Positions 1 through 9,621 of a stretch of DNA of 64,000 nucleotides are shown here, piece by piece. The notes beneath the pieces were generated by a model that saw nothing but the letters and a program-made list of their open reading frames with translations, was not told the DNA's origin and did not search any database. The number at the start of each line of letters is the position of its first letter. The stretch's first letter is position 1. The position numbers were made by a program, and so were the translations under genes. Origin of the DNA: a virus (Duplodnaviria; Caudoviricetes); the IMG/VR virus record IMGVR_UViG_3300027714_000014, positions 1,460-65,459 of that record; one strand, given 5' to 3'.

Positions 1-214
1 GTTCTTCTTCAGAGGCAGGCATCTTCGCATCCAGACCCGCTTTCTTAAGCATGCGCTCAAATGAATCATCTGAATTAATAGTTACTAAACCTGTCCCGCC
101 TGTGGTTTTCCTGACAACGTAAGACTTACCGCTGCCAGGTCCACCAGCTAGGAAAAATGCTTTAAAAATGTTGGGGTCATTGATCCCCTCTTTTAATTCT
201 TGAAATGTCTTCAT
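1..214 (-). CDS. P-loop kinase/NTPase (partial, continues off the window), capsid-targeting-like N-terminus
   Basis: Manual translation MKTFQELKEGINDPNIFKAFFLAGGPGSGKSYVV...; Walker A GGPGSGKS; absent from the ORF track because truncated. Confidence 0.75.
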   Translation of the reverse strand, partial: MKTFQELKEGINDPNIFKAFFLAGGPGSGKSYVVRKTTGGTGLVTINSDDSFERMLKKAGLDAKMPASEEE

Positions 215-386
215 TTTTATTTCCTATTAACTCTTGCTGTCGCATTAACGCTATCATGTATTTATGATCTTCCGAAATTGGTTCGATCTGTCTATCCTGC
301 TTTTGAAAGGTTTGCATTTTCTTAATTCTGTTTTTAGCTTTAGCCATTTTTTCTTCCTTTTCTTCGTGATAGGGTTTTTTAGTCAT
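177..386 (-). CDS. hypothetical protein
   Basis: 69-aa ORF with an upstream AAGGAG; overlaps the next gene's start. Confidence 0.45.
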   Translation of the reverse strand: MTKKPYHEEKEEKMAKAKNRIKKMQTFQKQDRQIEPISEDHKYMIALMRQQELIGNKNEDISRIKRGDQ

Positions 387-422
387 GATGTTTGAGTTAA
401 CTTCTCCTTTCTATTGTCTAGT

Positions 423-2015
423 TTAAAAACCTGCTGATATTCTTTTTTCTTTATCTTTAGCAGCAACATCTGCTAGTGCTTTGTCACGTAATGGACTGCT
501 TGTAGGATTGTCATTTGGGAATACGTTATCTAAACCATTCTCATCGTATCCTTCAATATCCCCATAAAAATGTTTATCTGTAAAGGTCTTGTCGTCTTTA
601 ACGGGTTTTATTTCCACATGATCTCCTAACTCAAGCTCATGATCAATGCTGTCTTTTGTTACTTTTATATACATAGTATGAATATTACTTTCTCTACTAA
701 AAACATGCTTAATGTCTTGAACAAGGAAGCTTCCTCTAGAAAATTTATCTGTAGATTCGTCATCATGTTCGTTCTCTTTTTTAAGATTTACAGTTATGAT
801 ATCTCCAGCACCAAAGGTAGTTTGACCAAGACACGATAAAATCATACTAATCCCTGCATCAAAATTTGTGAATATAGAATGTCTTTTCTGTAGTGAATTT
901 TCCTTCTTAACAGGATCAAATATATATTCTGTCAGGCCGGATGAGCTATTATACACCTCATATTGTGAGTTTTTATAAACACCGCTGTCGTTCTTAATTG
1001 TTGTAACGGGTGTAAGATATTGGATAGGTATGAAATCAGAAAGTCTATTTCCTTCATCATCTAGTGGCGTGCTATTATATAGATGTTTGTCTTTCCCTTT
1101 GCTTGCATATCCTTCAATACCTTGATCTAAGACGCTCTTATCATCCAGATAGTTGTATGTATGGGTGGTAAACTTCTTTTGTAATATATCATGAGTAATT
1201 AGTCGAGAGGACATAGCTCCAGTAGCAACAGTAAGCATAGTGTCATTATTGTTTGACATATTTACGCTTCTTAATCTTGCTAAATCTTGTGTAATTTGTG
1301 CATTTAACTTTGTATTGCTGAGGCCGGGCGATGATGCATCGCCGGTTCCTGCACTCTCAGCGGCTTCAAAATAAGTGAAACGGCTTCCTTCAGCATATAG
1401 ACTCTGTATTGATCTAAAGTGATATCCTCTAAGATTCTCAAAAAATACAAATGATGGTAATCCATGACGTACAGCAGTTGCTTGTCCTGTAAATCCAGTA
1501 ATGATATCCATTGGATGGGTATTATGTGCTATATATTCTTTTGTATCATTTGTCTGTTCTATATACAAACGTTTCTTGCATTTCAAGTCTTTCCTTAAAA
1601 TGTTCTCAACTATATCATGGTATGTGCCTCTTAAAGTTCTTGATATAAGTTTTCGTTGATTGTGAACTATTTCAGAGGAATAGAAATCCAATGTTAGAAT
1701 TTCTGCTCCATTGTTATACTCTTTTATTACCTTAGTAATATGAAAGATATTCTCATCGAATTTTATTTTATTTGTATCATCCTCTAGAGTTGGTGTGGAC
1801 AAGACCAATCCTAAATATTCTTGACCAATAATTGGACCTTCATTTTGCAAAGCTATAGTATTCACTAATTGAATAGAGCCGGATAATCCTCTATTGTAAA
1901 TACTTTCGTATATTTGAATTTCAATTACTGAATCTTGGAATGGAATTACATTACCTGTAGAAGTATACAGTATAGCTTCTGTAAGTTCCCAATCACCTGC
2001 TTGTTTTAGTTCCAT
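423..2015 (-). CDS. putative baseplate hub/tail protein (gp27-like)
   Basis: 530 aa directly downstream of gp53/gp48; IYESIY..LSGSI and FVFFENLRGYHFRSI motifs typical of T4-like hub proteins. Confidence 0.6.
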   Translation of the reverse strand: MELKQAGDWELTEAILYTSTGNVIPFQDSVIEIQIYESIYNRGLSGSIQLVNTIALQNEGPIIGQEYLGLVLSTPTLEDDTNKIKFDENIFHITKVIKEYNNGAEILTLDFYSSEIVHNQRKLISRTLRGTYHDIVENILRKDLKCKKRLYIEQTNDTKEYIAHNTHPMDIITGFTGQATAVRHGLPSFVFFENLRGYHFRSIQSLYAEGSRFTYFEAAESAGTGDASSPGLSNTKLNAQITQDLARLRSVNMSNNNDTMLTVATGAMSSRLITHDILQKKFTTHTYNYLDDKSVLDQGIEGYASKGKDKHLYNSTPLDDEGNRLSDFIPIQYLTPVTTIKNDSGVYKNSQYEVYNSSSGLTEYIFDPVKKENSLQKRHSIFTNFDAGISMILSCLGQTTFGAGDIITVNLKKENEHDDESTDKFSRGSFLVQDIKHVFSRESNIHTMYIKVTKDSIDHELELGDHVEIKPVKDDKTFTDKHFYGDIEGYDENGLDNVFPNDNPTSSPLRDKALADVAAKDKEKRISAGF

Positions 2016-2024
2016 TGTATACCT

Positions 2025-2543
2025 TTAATTAGATTGTAGATTTTCATATTCTTTTATAAACTGAGGAAGAAAAGAAGTACTGAGTATTTTTATTTGTCTC
2101 TTCCTATCTTGTTCTTTTTCTTCATATTCAAAATTTGTTATTAATGTAGCAGTAGGATAATCTGTGTTATCATCTCCAATATTTATAGTAAGATTAGTAT
2201 CACCAGAAGATTGAGAAATCTCATAATGATGTACACCATTAGGATCATCATATCTATCAGCAAGAAATGCTTGAAACTGATTAACATTCATGGGCCATTC
2301 ATGGTAACGATCATATATGTCATTTACCAGAAGAAGAACCCAATGTAACTCTGCATCGCCATAAAAATCAAATGCAACAGATTCTGGAGTTTCAGAACCC
2401 CTTATACTATATTTACTAAACAAAACACCATTAGTTTTAACAGCATCTCTTGCCCCAATGCGTCTAAGTATATTTACTACTGTTCTAGATGGTCCACCTT
2501 CAACATTAGTATATTGTATTCTAGGAAATTTTTCAAAATACAT
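2025..2543 (-). CDS. gp53: baseplate wedge subunit gp53
   Basis: MYFEKFPRIQY; LysM-like ETPESVAFDFYGDAELHWVLLLVN; HHYE motif. Confidence 0.88.
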   Translation of the reverse strand: MYFEKFPRIQYTNVEGGPSRTVVNILRRIGARDAVKTNGVLFSKYSIRGSETPESVAFDFYGDAELHWVLLLVNDIYDRYHEWPMNVNQFQAFLADRYDDPNGVHHYEISQSSGDTNLTINIGDDNTDYPTATLITNFEYEEKEQDRKRQIKILSTSFLPQFIKEYENLQSN

Positions 2544-2544
2544 A

Positions 2545-3570
2545 TTAATACCCCGCTCTAACAGCTTCTTGTGTTATCATTTCAATTTCGTCAAATGACA
2601 AAGTTAACGTAGTATTTTGTGGTGGAGCTCCCAGCTCATTAGGAGTATAAGCAGTAAACCTCTCACCACCATACTTAACATCCATATCAGTCAAGTAACA
2701 GGTTGAAATCTTATTGAGGTAAGTATTTTCTTTAGCTTCATCAGCGCTACTCCGATAAAAATATTTTATATCCATAGTAGTTGGAATTGTTAGGGTTCTA
2801 CCCTCTCCACCAGTTCCAGCTGCGTTTAGCCCTAGAGCAAGTGCCCCAGCGCCCTCTGCGACATTTCCAGTACCAAAAGATGAAGCATATGATGGGAGCA
2901 TAGCAATCTTAAAAGCCTTAACTATTTCGTGAACCTGATTAGCTTCTTGTTCTGACTTTGGAAGGAATGCAAAAGAAAAAGTAAATTGTCTTCTCTCAAT
3001 TCCTTTAAACATTAATTCCATTTTCTCAGTAACAATTTTTCCCGAATTGAGTTGAAACAATTCTTTAGCGCCGGGCCCAATTGTATCAATTATTCCGCCA
3101 GCTACAGTGCCTACAGCTCGACCAGCAACAGCACCAGCTACCTTACCCATTGAGTCTATCAGACTTCCTCCAGATGCAACCGAACCAATTGCATTTGCAC
3201 CAGCTTCTGCCACGGCTCCAATTTCTTTATTTTCATAATTTGATTTATAAGTTGTTCCTACTTGTGGAGGCATATACAATGCAATTTGTGTCTCAACTGT
3301 TTTGGTTGATCCTCTAAGAGCAAAACTGCGTCTTTTAAATCCTGATCCCTCTTCAACTTTGCCCAATTTACCAGAAGTTAATTTGTGTATTTGAAACAAT
3401 ACAAAATGACCTTGTTCAAGACTGCCGGCCTCATGAGGATAAGACAATAACTTTGTAGACCCTAACTTTCGTTCAGAATCACCTTTTCGAACAGCTCCTC
3501 CATTAGGATTTGATTTAGCATCATCGAATTTCTTCGCCGCTGGAGTGCCCACAAAGTTAGTTCTAGCCAT
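2545..3570 (-). CDS. gp48: baseplate tail-tube cap gp48
   Basis: IALYMPP, ELMFKGIERRQFTFSFAFLPKS..EA, C-terminal LTLSFDEIE; likely start MARTNF (3570) after late promoter at 3611. Confidence 0.85.
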   Translation of the reverse strand: MARTNFVGTPAAKKFDDAKSNPNGGAVRKGDSERKLGSTKLLSYPHEAGSLEQGHFVLFQIHKLTSGKLGKVEEGSGFKRRSFALRGSTKTVETQIALYMPPQVGTTYKSNYENKEIGAVAEAGANAIGSVASGGSLIDSMGKVAGAVAGRAVGTVAGGIIDTIGPGAKELFQLNSGKIVTEKMELMFKGIERRQFTFSFAFLPKSEQEANQVHEIVKAFKIAMLPSYASSFGTGNVAEGAGALALGLNAAGTGGEGRTLTIPTTMDIKYFYRSSADEAKENTYLNKISTCYLTDMDVKYGGERFTAYTPNELGAPPQNTTLTLSFDEIEMITQEAVRAGY

Positions 3571-3610
3571 ATTTAGCTCCCATAAATAGTCTTGCAAAGT
3601 CTTACAAAGG

Positions 3611-3618
3611 TATTTATA
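3611..3618 (-). promoter_or_regulatory. T4-type late promoter TATAAATA (gp48 operon)
   Basis: Exact tatttata on the + strand, between the divergent gp48 and gp4 genes. Confidence 0.75.
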
Positions 3619-3622
3619 AGTT

Positions 3623-4069
3623 ATGGCGTACAAAGGTAAATATACACCAAAGAATCCTGCAAAATATAGAGGTAATCCAAGTAGTATTATATATCGTTCT
3701 TTGTGGGAAAGAAAGTTTATGGTATATTGTGATGATAGCAAATCCATAATCGAATGGGGTAGTGAAGAAATTATTATCCCCTATGTTTCGCCATGGGACG
3801 GGAAGGTGCATCGTTATTTCCCAGATTTCTATATCAAGGTTAAACAGAACCATGGCAATATTAAGAAATATATTATAGAAGTTAAGCCCAAGAAACAGTG
3901 TAGGCCGCCTGACAGTAAGCCCGCAAGAAAAACTAGGAGATGGTTCTCTGAGGTTAAAACATGGGGAGTCAACGAAGCTAAATGGAAATCTGCAAACTCT
4001 TGGTGTTTCGATAATGGAATGGAATTTAAGATATTGACAGAAGATGATTTAGGCATTCGTTACAAATAA
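3623..4069 (+). CDS. gp4: head completion protein gp4 (TnsA-like nuclease fold)
   Basis: MAYKGKYTPKNPAKYRGNPSSIIYRSLWE...HRYFPDF...IEVKP, classic gp4. Confidence 0.92.
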   Translation: MAYKGKYTPKNPAKYRGNPSSIIYRSLWERKFMVYCDDSKSIIEWGSEEIIIPYVSPWDGKVHRYFPDFYIKVKQNHGNIKKYIIEVKPKKQCRPPDSKPARKTRRWFSEVKTWGVNEAKWKSANSWCFDNGMEFKILTEDDLGIRYK

Positions 4070-4070
4070 T

Positions 4071-4343
4071 TTACAAATCCAATACTAATAATGGAGATGT
4101 TGATCTTGATTGACAAATTGTTAATTGTGTATCGTGATCTATATCCATGTCACTTAATAAGTCACGATGATCTACTGTTCCTTCTAAGTAAGTAACGAGA
4201 CATTTACTACACATCCCCACTTTGCACGAAGAAGGATGACCTATCTTATTTTCATATAGTACATCTAATATGCTTTTATCTTTGGGTACGAGAAACGTAT
4301 CTCCTGTACTTGCTATTTTTATATTAAATTCTATGTCTTGCAT
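4071..4343 (-). CDS. 2Fe-2S ferredoxin
   Basis: SSCKVGMCSKC...LTICQS (C-x4-C-x2-C...C). Confidence 0.85.
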   Translation of the reverse strand: MQDIEFNIKIASTGDTFLVPKDKSILDVLYENKIGHPSSCKVGMCSKCLVTYLEGTVDHRDLLSDMDIDHDTQLTICQSRSTSPLLVLDL

Positions 4344-4438
4344 ACCTCTATTTATTAGACAAATCTAATTTTTAGCCATTCAATGTTTTTATCAATCACA
4401 TTCTAATAATGAATACCCAAATTGATTTGGGAATTCGT

Positions 4439-4446
4439 TATAAATA
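4439..4446 (+). promoter_or_regulatory. T4-type late promoter (gp2-tail operon)
   Basis: TATAAATA 5 nt upstream of ATG 4452. Confidence 0.75.
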
Positions 4447-4451
4447 AAGGT

Positions 4452-4979
4452 ATGGCAAATAGCGATTATATACAAGGCGTAATAGACGCCGCAAAAGGTA
4501 AACCTTATTCAACTGATTGGTATCGGGATAAGATTGAAGAATTTGGTAAGCCAGGAAAATTAGACCTAATTAGAGATGGTAAGCAGAATGGTAACCCATT
4601 TGCTGGAACATTGAATATGTTTGTTTATGGCCCAAAACACAAAAAGAAATTACCATATTACGATACTTTTCCTTTGGTTTTACCAATAGAAAAATATAAT
4701 GATGGATTTCTAGGGATAAACTTTCACTACTTACCTATCCCACTAAGAATGAAGTTGTTAGATAAAATGCTTGACGCTGATCTAACAACTAGCTATAGTG
4801 CAATCAAGGGTATTCGTTTAGTAAAACCAACCCTTCATAGATATTTAGCAGGATATACTAAATCTCAGTTTCGTAAGATTGAGGAAGATGAACTTGTTAT
4901 TGCAACGCTTCTTCCTGTTCATAGTTTTAAGAAATCTACAGCTAAAGCTGTTTGGTCAGATTCAAGGAAAATGATATAA
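4452..4979 (+). CDS. gp2: DNA end protector protein gp2
   Basis: PKHKKKLPYYDTFPLVLPI...FLGINFHYLP; C-terminal VWSDSR. Confidence 0.9.
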   Translation: MANSDYIQGVIDAAKGKPYSTDWYRDKIEEFGKPGKLDLIRDGKQNGNPFAGTLNMFVYGPKHKKKLPYYDTFPLVLPIEKYNDGFLGINFHYLPIPLRMKLLDKMLDADLTTSYSAIKGIRLVKPTLHRYLAGYTKSQFRKIEEDELVIATLLPVHSFKKSTAKAVWSDSRKMI

Positions 4980-5716
4980 TGGCTGGTAACGAAAGCACAA
5001 GACAGACTAATATCGATACTATTTTTGGGCAAGTTGACCCTGTAGCTGTTAGAGTCCCTGCTGTTGAACAGGGGTTTGACGAAGAGGGCAAAAAGACACC
5101 GGCGAGAGGTGCTTTTAATGCTATTGATGCATTACGAAGCGAACTTGGTCAATTTGGAATAGCACATAAAAATAGATTTCAATTAAATATAAATCCACCT
5201 AGAAACATAACGCCGGGCGGATCAAGTACATTAAGAAGATTAATGATTCGTTGTAATGCTGTTACCTTGCCAGGAAGTCTTCTAGAGACACAATCAGATG
5301 CTAACATATACGGGCCTAATAGAGATGTTGTGAGTGGAATTTCATATGCAGATGATGTTACAGTAAGATTTAGTCTAGATGATAAATTTGATGTAAGGAA
5401 ATACTTTACTGATTGGCAAAAGTTAACTTATGATGAAGATGATTGGAATATAAAATACTATAACGACTACAACGGTCAGCTTGATATATTTGTACTAAAT
5501 AGAAATCATAAACCAACAGCAGCGTATAGGATATGGGAAGCATATCCAAAAACTGTTGGACCAGTTGAATTTGATATGACATCATCTGATGCTATTCAAG
5601 ATTTTTCTGTTAACTTTGCATTTAGATTTTGGACTGATATTGGCGAACATGGGAGCAAAGCACCAAGACAAGAAACTAGTAGAGAAGCCTCTGAAGTCGA
5701 GCGGCTTGCCGAGTAA
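4979..5716 (+). CDS. tail tube initiator / tail-tube family protein (gp54/gp19-like)
   Basis: NRFQLNI, CNAVTLPG, EAYPKTVGPVEF, FSVNFAFRFW. Confidence 0.75.
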   Translation: MAGNESTRQTNIDTIFGQVDPVAVRVPAVEQGFDEEGKKTPARGAFNAIDALRSELGQFGIAHKNRFQLNINPPRNITPGGSSTLRRLMIRCNAVTLPGSLLETQSDANIYGPNRDVVSGISYADDVTVRFSLDDKFDVRKYFTDWQKLTYDEDDWNIKYYNDYNGQLDIFVLNRNHKPTAAYRIWEAYPKTVGPVEFDMTSSDAIQDFSVNFAFRFWTDIGEHGSKAPRQETSREASEVERLAE

Positions 5717-5758
5717 CATAATCACGAAGATTAACTGAATTGAAATAGGAGATATAAA

Positions 5759-6478
5759 ATGGCTTTGCCAAAACTTGAAACACCAACTTATAAAATGAAA
5801 GTTCCCTCTACTCAAGAGGAAATAAAATTCCGACCTTTTTTGGTCAAAGAAGAGAAAATTCTACTTCTAGCTCAGCAAGAAGAAGATGAAAGTGCAACAC
5901 ATCAAGGGGTTCTTGATCTAGTAAATGCTTGTACCTTTGGAAGTCTTGGTAATAAGAATGATCCAATGTTTGATATTGAATTTGCCTTTCTAAAAATCAG
6001 GCAAAAATCAATTTCAGAAACAGTTGAAGTAAAAATGTTATGTCCAGATGATGGAGTAACGTATGTTGATGTGAGTGTCGATCTTGAAGATGTTGCAGTA
6101 ACTATGGATGATAAACATAGCAAAACTTGCAAGCTAGGTAAAGATGCTAACGGTAATGAAGTTTCTATGGAATTAGATTATCCAAATGTTAGTGCAACGT
6201 TAGAAGCTGCTGGTAAAAACTCTGTAGATAGTATTTTTATTATCATTAAGAATTGCATATCTTCAATTCAATTTGGGGATGATATCTACAATAAAGTTGA
6301 CATTACTACAGCAGAAATTGAAGAATTTATAGATAGTTTAACACAAGATCAATTTGCAAATCTACAGGATTTCTTTGAAACAATGCCAAAACTTACTCAT
6401 GATGTAGAAGTTACAAATCCTAAAACAGGAGTAACATCAACAATTCATATGGAGGGGCTGAACGATTTTTTAAGCTAA
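5759..6478 (+). CDS. gp26: baseplate hub assembly protein gp26
   Basis: MALPKLETPTY..IKFRPFLVKEEKILLLA; FFETMPKL; ends EGLNDFLS. Confidence 0.9.
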   Translation: MALPKLETPTYKMKVPSTQEEIKFRPFLVKEEKILLLAQQEEDESATHQGVLDLVNACTFGSLGNKNDPMFDIEFAFLKIRQKSISETVEVKMLCPDDGVTYVDVSVDLEDVAVTMDDKHSKTCKLGKDANGNEVSMELDYPNVSATLEAAGKNSVDSIFIIIKNCISSIQFGDDIYNKVDITTAEIEEFIDSLTQDQFANLQDFFETMPKLTHDVEVTNPKTGVTSTIHMEGLNDFLS

Positions 6479-6660
6479 CTCTTTCTCACAATACTTTATC
6501 GTCATACTTTAAGATTAATTTTGGATTGATACAACACCACAAATATAGTCTTACAGAAATAGAAAGTATGATACCTTGGGAAAGAGATATATATGTTGGA
6601 TTATTAATGCAGTGGTTAGAGGATGAAAAGGAGCGACAGAAATCGCAAGATAGACAATAG
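6466..6660 (+). CDS. gp51: gp51-like segment, probably the -1 frameshift extension of gp26
   Basis: The -1 frame reads KLTLSHNTLSSYFKINFGLIQHHKYSLTEIESMIPWERDIYVGLL...RQ*; no ATG before the conserved part; open from the slippery T TTT TTA. Confidence 0.8.
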   Translation, partial: FFKLTLSHNTLSSYFKINFGLIQHHKYSLTEIESMIPWERDIYVGLLMQWLEDEKERQKSQDRQ

Positions 6661-6669
6661 GAGACTATA

Positions 6670-6993
6670 ATGGCTCAAAAAAAATTACAAGAAGAGAGTC
6701 AATATAATGAGTACGATTTAGATGGAGATGGTATAGTGAGTGATGACGAATTAGAGATAGTTCAGAAAATACACGAAGCAGAAAATGCTGATCAGAAAGC
6801 TGACGCTCAACGGCGTATGGCTTGGATATCTATGGTAGCGATGATTCTATTTACTGTTGTCGTTATGATTCCCGGCTTTATTCCCGAAACTAGATTGAAA
6901 CTCCTAGGCGACCTATCTGCTCTGTTCTACATTGGCATGGCCGGTGTTGTGGGCGCATACATGGGTATGACCGCTTATATGAGTAGGAAATAA
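6670..6993 (+). CDS. small membrane protein with EF-hand-like motif and 2 TM helices (holin-like)
   Basis: DLDGDGIVSDDE plus two hydrophobic segments. Confidence 0.55.
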   Translation: MAQKKLQEESQYNEYDLDGDGIVSDDELEIVQKIHEAENADQKADAQRRMAWISMVAMILFTVVVMIPGFIPETRLKLLGDLSALFYIGMAGVVGAYMGMTAYMSRK

Positions 6994-6996
6994 ACT

Positions 6997-9525
6997 ATGG
7001 CATTATCACCAGAAGAACTAAAATCAATTAAAGAACAAAGAGAAGCAACAAGAGAGTTCGCAGCTGCTGCAAAATCATTGCAAAAAGTTGCTCAAATGTC
7101 TCAGGAAAATTCTTTGCGTGAGACACTTGGATTAACCAAAGAATCAGCTATTGCTTCTATTCAAGATAAACTTTTAGGTAATGGTATAAAGAGAGATATA
7201 TTCAATTTTATACAAGATAAGAGGAAAGCAAAAGCTCTTAAAAAATCAGCTACGGCCGATGGCAGAATTTCAGAACAAGAATATAATAATGCAATAAAAA
7301 GAAAACAGCAACTTGAAAAAGAGCAAGCAACGGCAGCTGCTGAGAAAAAAACATCTGATGCAAGACATGCAGCCCTACGAGCAACACTTGGAGATGAAGA
7401 AGCAAATATACTTATTGAACAAGAACTACTACGTGATAAGGATAAAATAATATCAAGAGATATGGTTCTTGCTGAACAAGAAAATGAAGCACAGAGTTTA
7501 GAGGCGGACACAAGGTTAAAGGACGCTGCCGCCGCTAAAGAAAAAGCAGATTTTGAAGCAAAACAAATCGCAACTCTATCTGAAGCAGCAAATAGTATAA
7601 CTGAATCTTTCTCTCTTTTGATTGAGGGGATAGAAGAGATCGTCACCCGCCCTATGGCGGCTGCTTCTTCTGATGGTGACTTGGTTGCTGGTCTTGAACT
7701 CGTTGCTGAACAATTAGAGAACTCTGGAAGTCTTGGAGGAGGAGGTGCAGTCAGCGCAGCCGGCGGTGGTGAAACCGCTGCAGAACGAGATGCAGCTGCT
7801 GCAGAACAAGAAAACTGGAAAAGCAAACAACTTGATTTGTTAAGTCAGATTGCAATGAGTGTAACTAAAACCGGCGGTGGTGGTAGTGGCGATGGTGGTA
7901 GCGGTGATGGTGGTGGCGGGATGCTTGCAAAACTTGGTGCTGGATTAGGCGCACTTGGTAAAGGCATTGGTGTACTTCTAAAATTCGCTGGAAAAGGATT
8001 AATGATATTTCTAAAAATGTTTGCAAAAGGAATAATGTCATTTGCAAACCCATTAGTCATTGGTGGTTTAGCTGTATTCACTCTTGGAATGATTGGTTTG
8101 GGTGCAGCACTAAGACTTGCAGCGCCTGCATTTGAAGCAATTGCTCCTGTCTTGATTAAGGTTGCTGATGTTATTGGCAACGTCTTCATGACTGCTATTA
8201 AAGAAATACCAGCTATATTAAATGAAATAGGTGGTATTATTAAAATAATTGGTGCTGTAGTTATAGGGATAATTGACAGTATTGCTGGTGGTATTGAAAA
8301 AATTGGACAGGGCGTAGGATTTATACTGGATAAGGTAGCAAAGGTTATAGATACAATCGGTAATAAGATTATTGGTATAATTAATTCGATTGGTGCTAGT
8401 ATACAGGGAATTATTACATCTGTAGCAGAGGGTATTGCAACAGTTGTTGAATCCTTCAAGGGCCCAAGTCTTGAGGAGAAAACTGCTTCGATTGAAAGAT
8501 TGAGTAAGATTGATCCTGCTTTGATGATGGCGACAGCCGGTGGCATTGAAGCAATTGGTGAAGCACTGGATAGCATCGGCGGTGGTGTTAAGATACCATT
8601 CCTTAGTGCAGAAAGTCCAATTGCTGGTCTTATTGAACTTGCCAAAAACTCTAAAGGTATTACAGATGCATCCAATGCTGTAAACGCATTTGTTGAGAAT
8701 GCAGGACTATTTAAAGACGGGTTTGAGATGGATGACTCTATTATTTCAAATATTGAGAAGATAGTTAAAACACTGAGTACTGGTAATCCACAAGCACTTG
8801 GAGCATTATCTGATGTTATAAAAAGTATAAACACTATTGATGCAACAAAAGTTGGTCTTCTGAGTCAGATAACACTACCACAGATTACACCACCAACTGC
8901 TGATGAATATGAGAGAATATTCAAAACAATGCAAGAAACTCAACCTAATTTAATTCAGTCGATTAGTAGTATGTTCAGTAATGCATTTAAAAGAGGAAAG
9001 GTGGGTGCGGCAGAATCTAAACTTGATGCAATATCCGGCGCTGCAGATGATGTTACTGGTGGGAAAGATGCTGTTACTGCTGCGGCACCTTCTTCAAAAA
9101 GTAGTGGTAAGAGAAGCCTTGCTTCAAGCGAACGAAGGTCTTTGTTATTTAAAGCAAAAAGAGCAGCTAGAGATAAATACGGGCCAGGAAGTTTTGTTAG
9201 TAAGGGCACCGGCAGTAACTTAGTCTTTATACCAGCATCTAGTCATCCATACGTACTAGAAGGAAAAGGTGATCCAGCAAACGACTCTATTAGAGCAAGT
9301 AGAGACAGCGCACGCCAATCTATGCGGGCGTCAAATATTGCTGCAAGTGGAGGGAATCAATCTAGTGGTCAGACAAACGTAAATGCACCTATGACAAATA
9401 ATAGTAGGACTATTACTACTACCACTAACAATCATAGCACGCCACACTCACCGTCTGTTCAAAGTCGTACCGCCCAAGAGTTCGTTGGCTTTTCAAGAGG
9501 TGGGGGAAACCCCGCTGATTTTTAG
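6997..9525 (+). CDS. tape measure / baseplate hub protein (gp29-like)
   Basis: 842 aa, helical Ala/Gly/Ile-rich amphipathic repeats; position after gp26/gp51. Confidence 0.75.
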   Translation: MALSPEELKSIKEQREATREFAAAAKSLQKVAQMSQENSLRETLGLTKESAIASIQDKLLGNGIKRDIFNFIQDKRKAKALKKSATADGRISEQEYNNAIKRKQQLEKEQATAAAEKKTSDARHAALRATLGDEEANILIEQELLRDKDKIISRDMVLAEQENEAQSLEADTRLKDAAAAKEKADFEAKQIATLSEAANSITESFSLLIEGIEEIVTRPMAAASSDGDLVAGLELVAEQLENSGSLGGGGAVSAAGGGETAAERDAAAAEQENWKSKQLDLLSQIAMSVTKTGGGGSGDGGSGDGGGGMLAKLGAGLGALGKGIGVLLKFAGKGLMIFLKMFAKGIMSFANPLVIGGLAVFTLGMIGLGAALRLAAPAFEAIAPVLIKVADVIGNVFMTAIKEIPAILNEIGGIIKIIGAVVIGIIDSIAGGIEKIGQGVGFILDKVAKVIDTIGNKIIGIINSIGASIQGIITSVAEGIATVVESFKGPSLEEKTASIERLSKIDPALMMATAGGIEAIGEALDSIGGGVKIPFLSAESPIAGLIELAKNSKGITDASNAVNAFVENAGLFKDGFEMDDSIISNIEKIVKTLSTGNPQALGALSDVIKSINTIDATKVGLLSQITLPQITPPTADEYERIFKTMQETQPNLIQSISSMFSNAFKRGKVGAAESKLDAISGAADDVTGGKDAVTAAAPSSKSSGKRSLASSERRSLLFKAKRAARDKYGPGSFVSKGTGSNLVFIPASSHPYVLEGKGDPANDSIRASRDSARQSMRASNIAASGGNQSSGQTNVNAPMTNNSRTITTTTNNHSTPHSPSVQSRTAQEFVGFSRGGGNPADF

Positions 9526-9531
9526 TCAATA

Positions 9532-9567
9532 GCAAAACCCCTCACCGATTTCTCAGTGAGGGGCTTC
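9532..9567. terminator. intrinsic terminator between convergent operons
   Basis: CCCCTCAC...GTGAGGGG hairpin, U-tract on the - strand. Confidence 0.7.
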
Positions 9568-9621
9568 TATATAGTGACTCTTTTAGTTCGTGTCTACCAC
9601 TGCAACTAGGAAATGTTCACC

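Noticed and set aside
3571-3747. N-terminal extension of gp48 in the ORF track
   Set aside because: Overlaps the divergent gp4 gene and the late promoter; the ATG at 3570 has a GGAG RBS
4071-4343. Ferredoxin as an indicator of a cyanophage
   Set aside because: It resembles oxidoreductase-type 2Fe-2S domains; no photosynthesis genes are in the window, and the tmRNA is alphaproteobacterial type
7870-7920. GGT/GGC-rich tandem repeat
   Set aside because: Simply encodes a Gly/Ser/Asp linker in the tape measure protein
7161-9209. Long minus-strand ORFs (221, 329 and 84 aa) opposite the tape measure gene
   Set aside because: Antisense shadows of a low-complexity coding gene, with no motifs; the same applies to most short opposite-strand ORFs in the track
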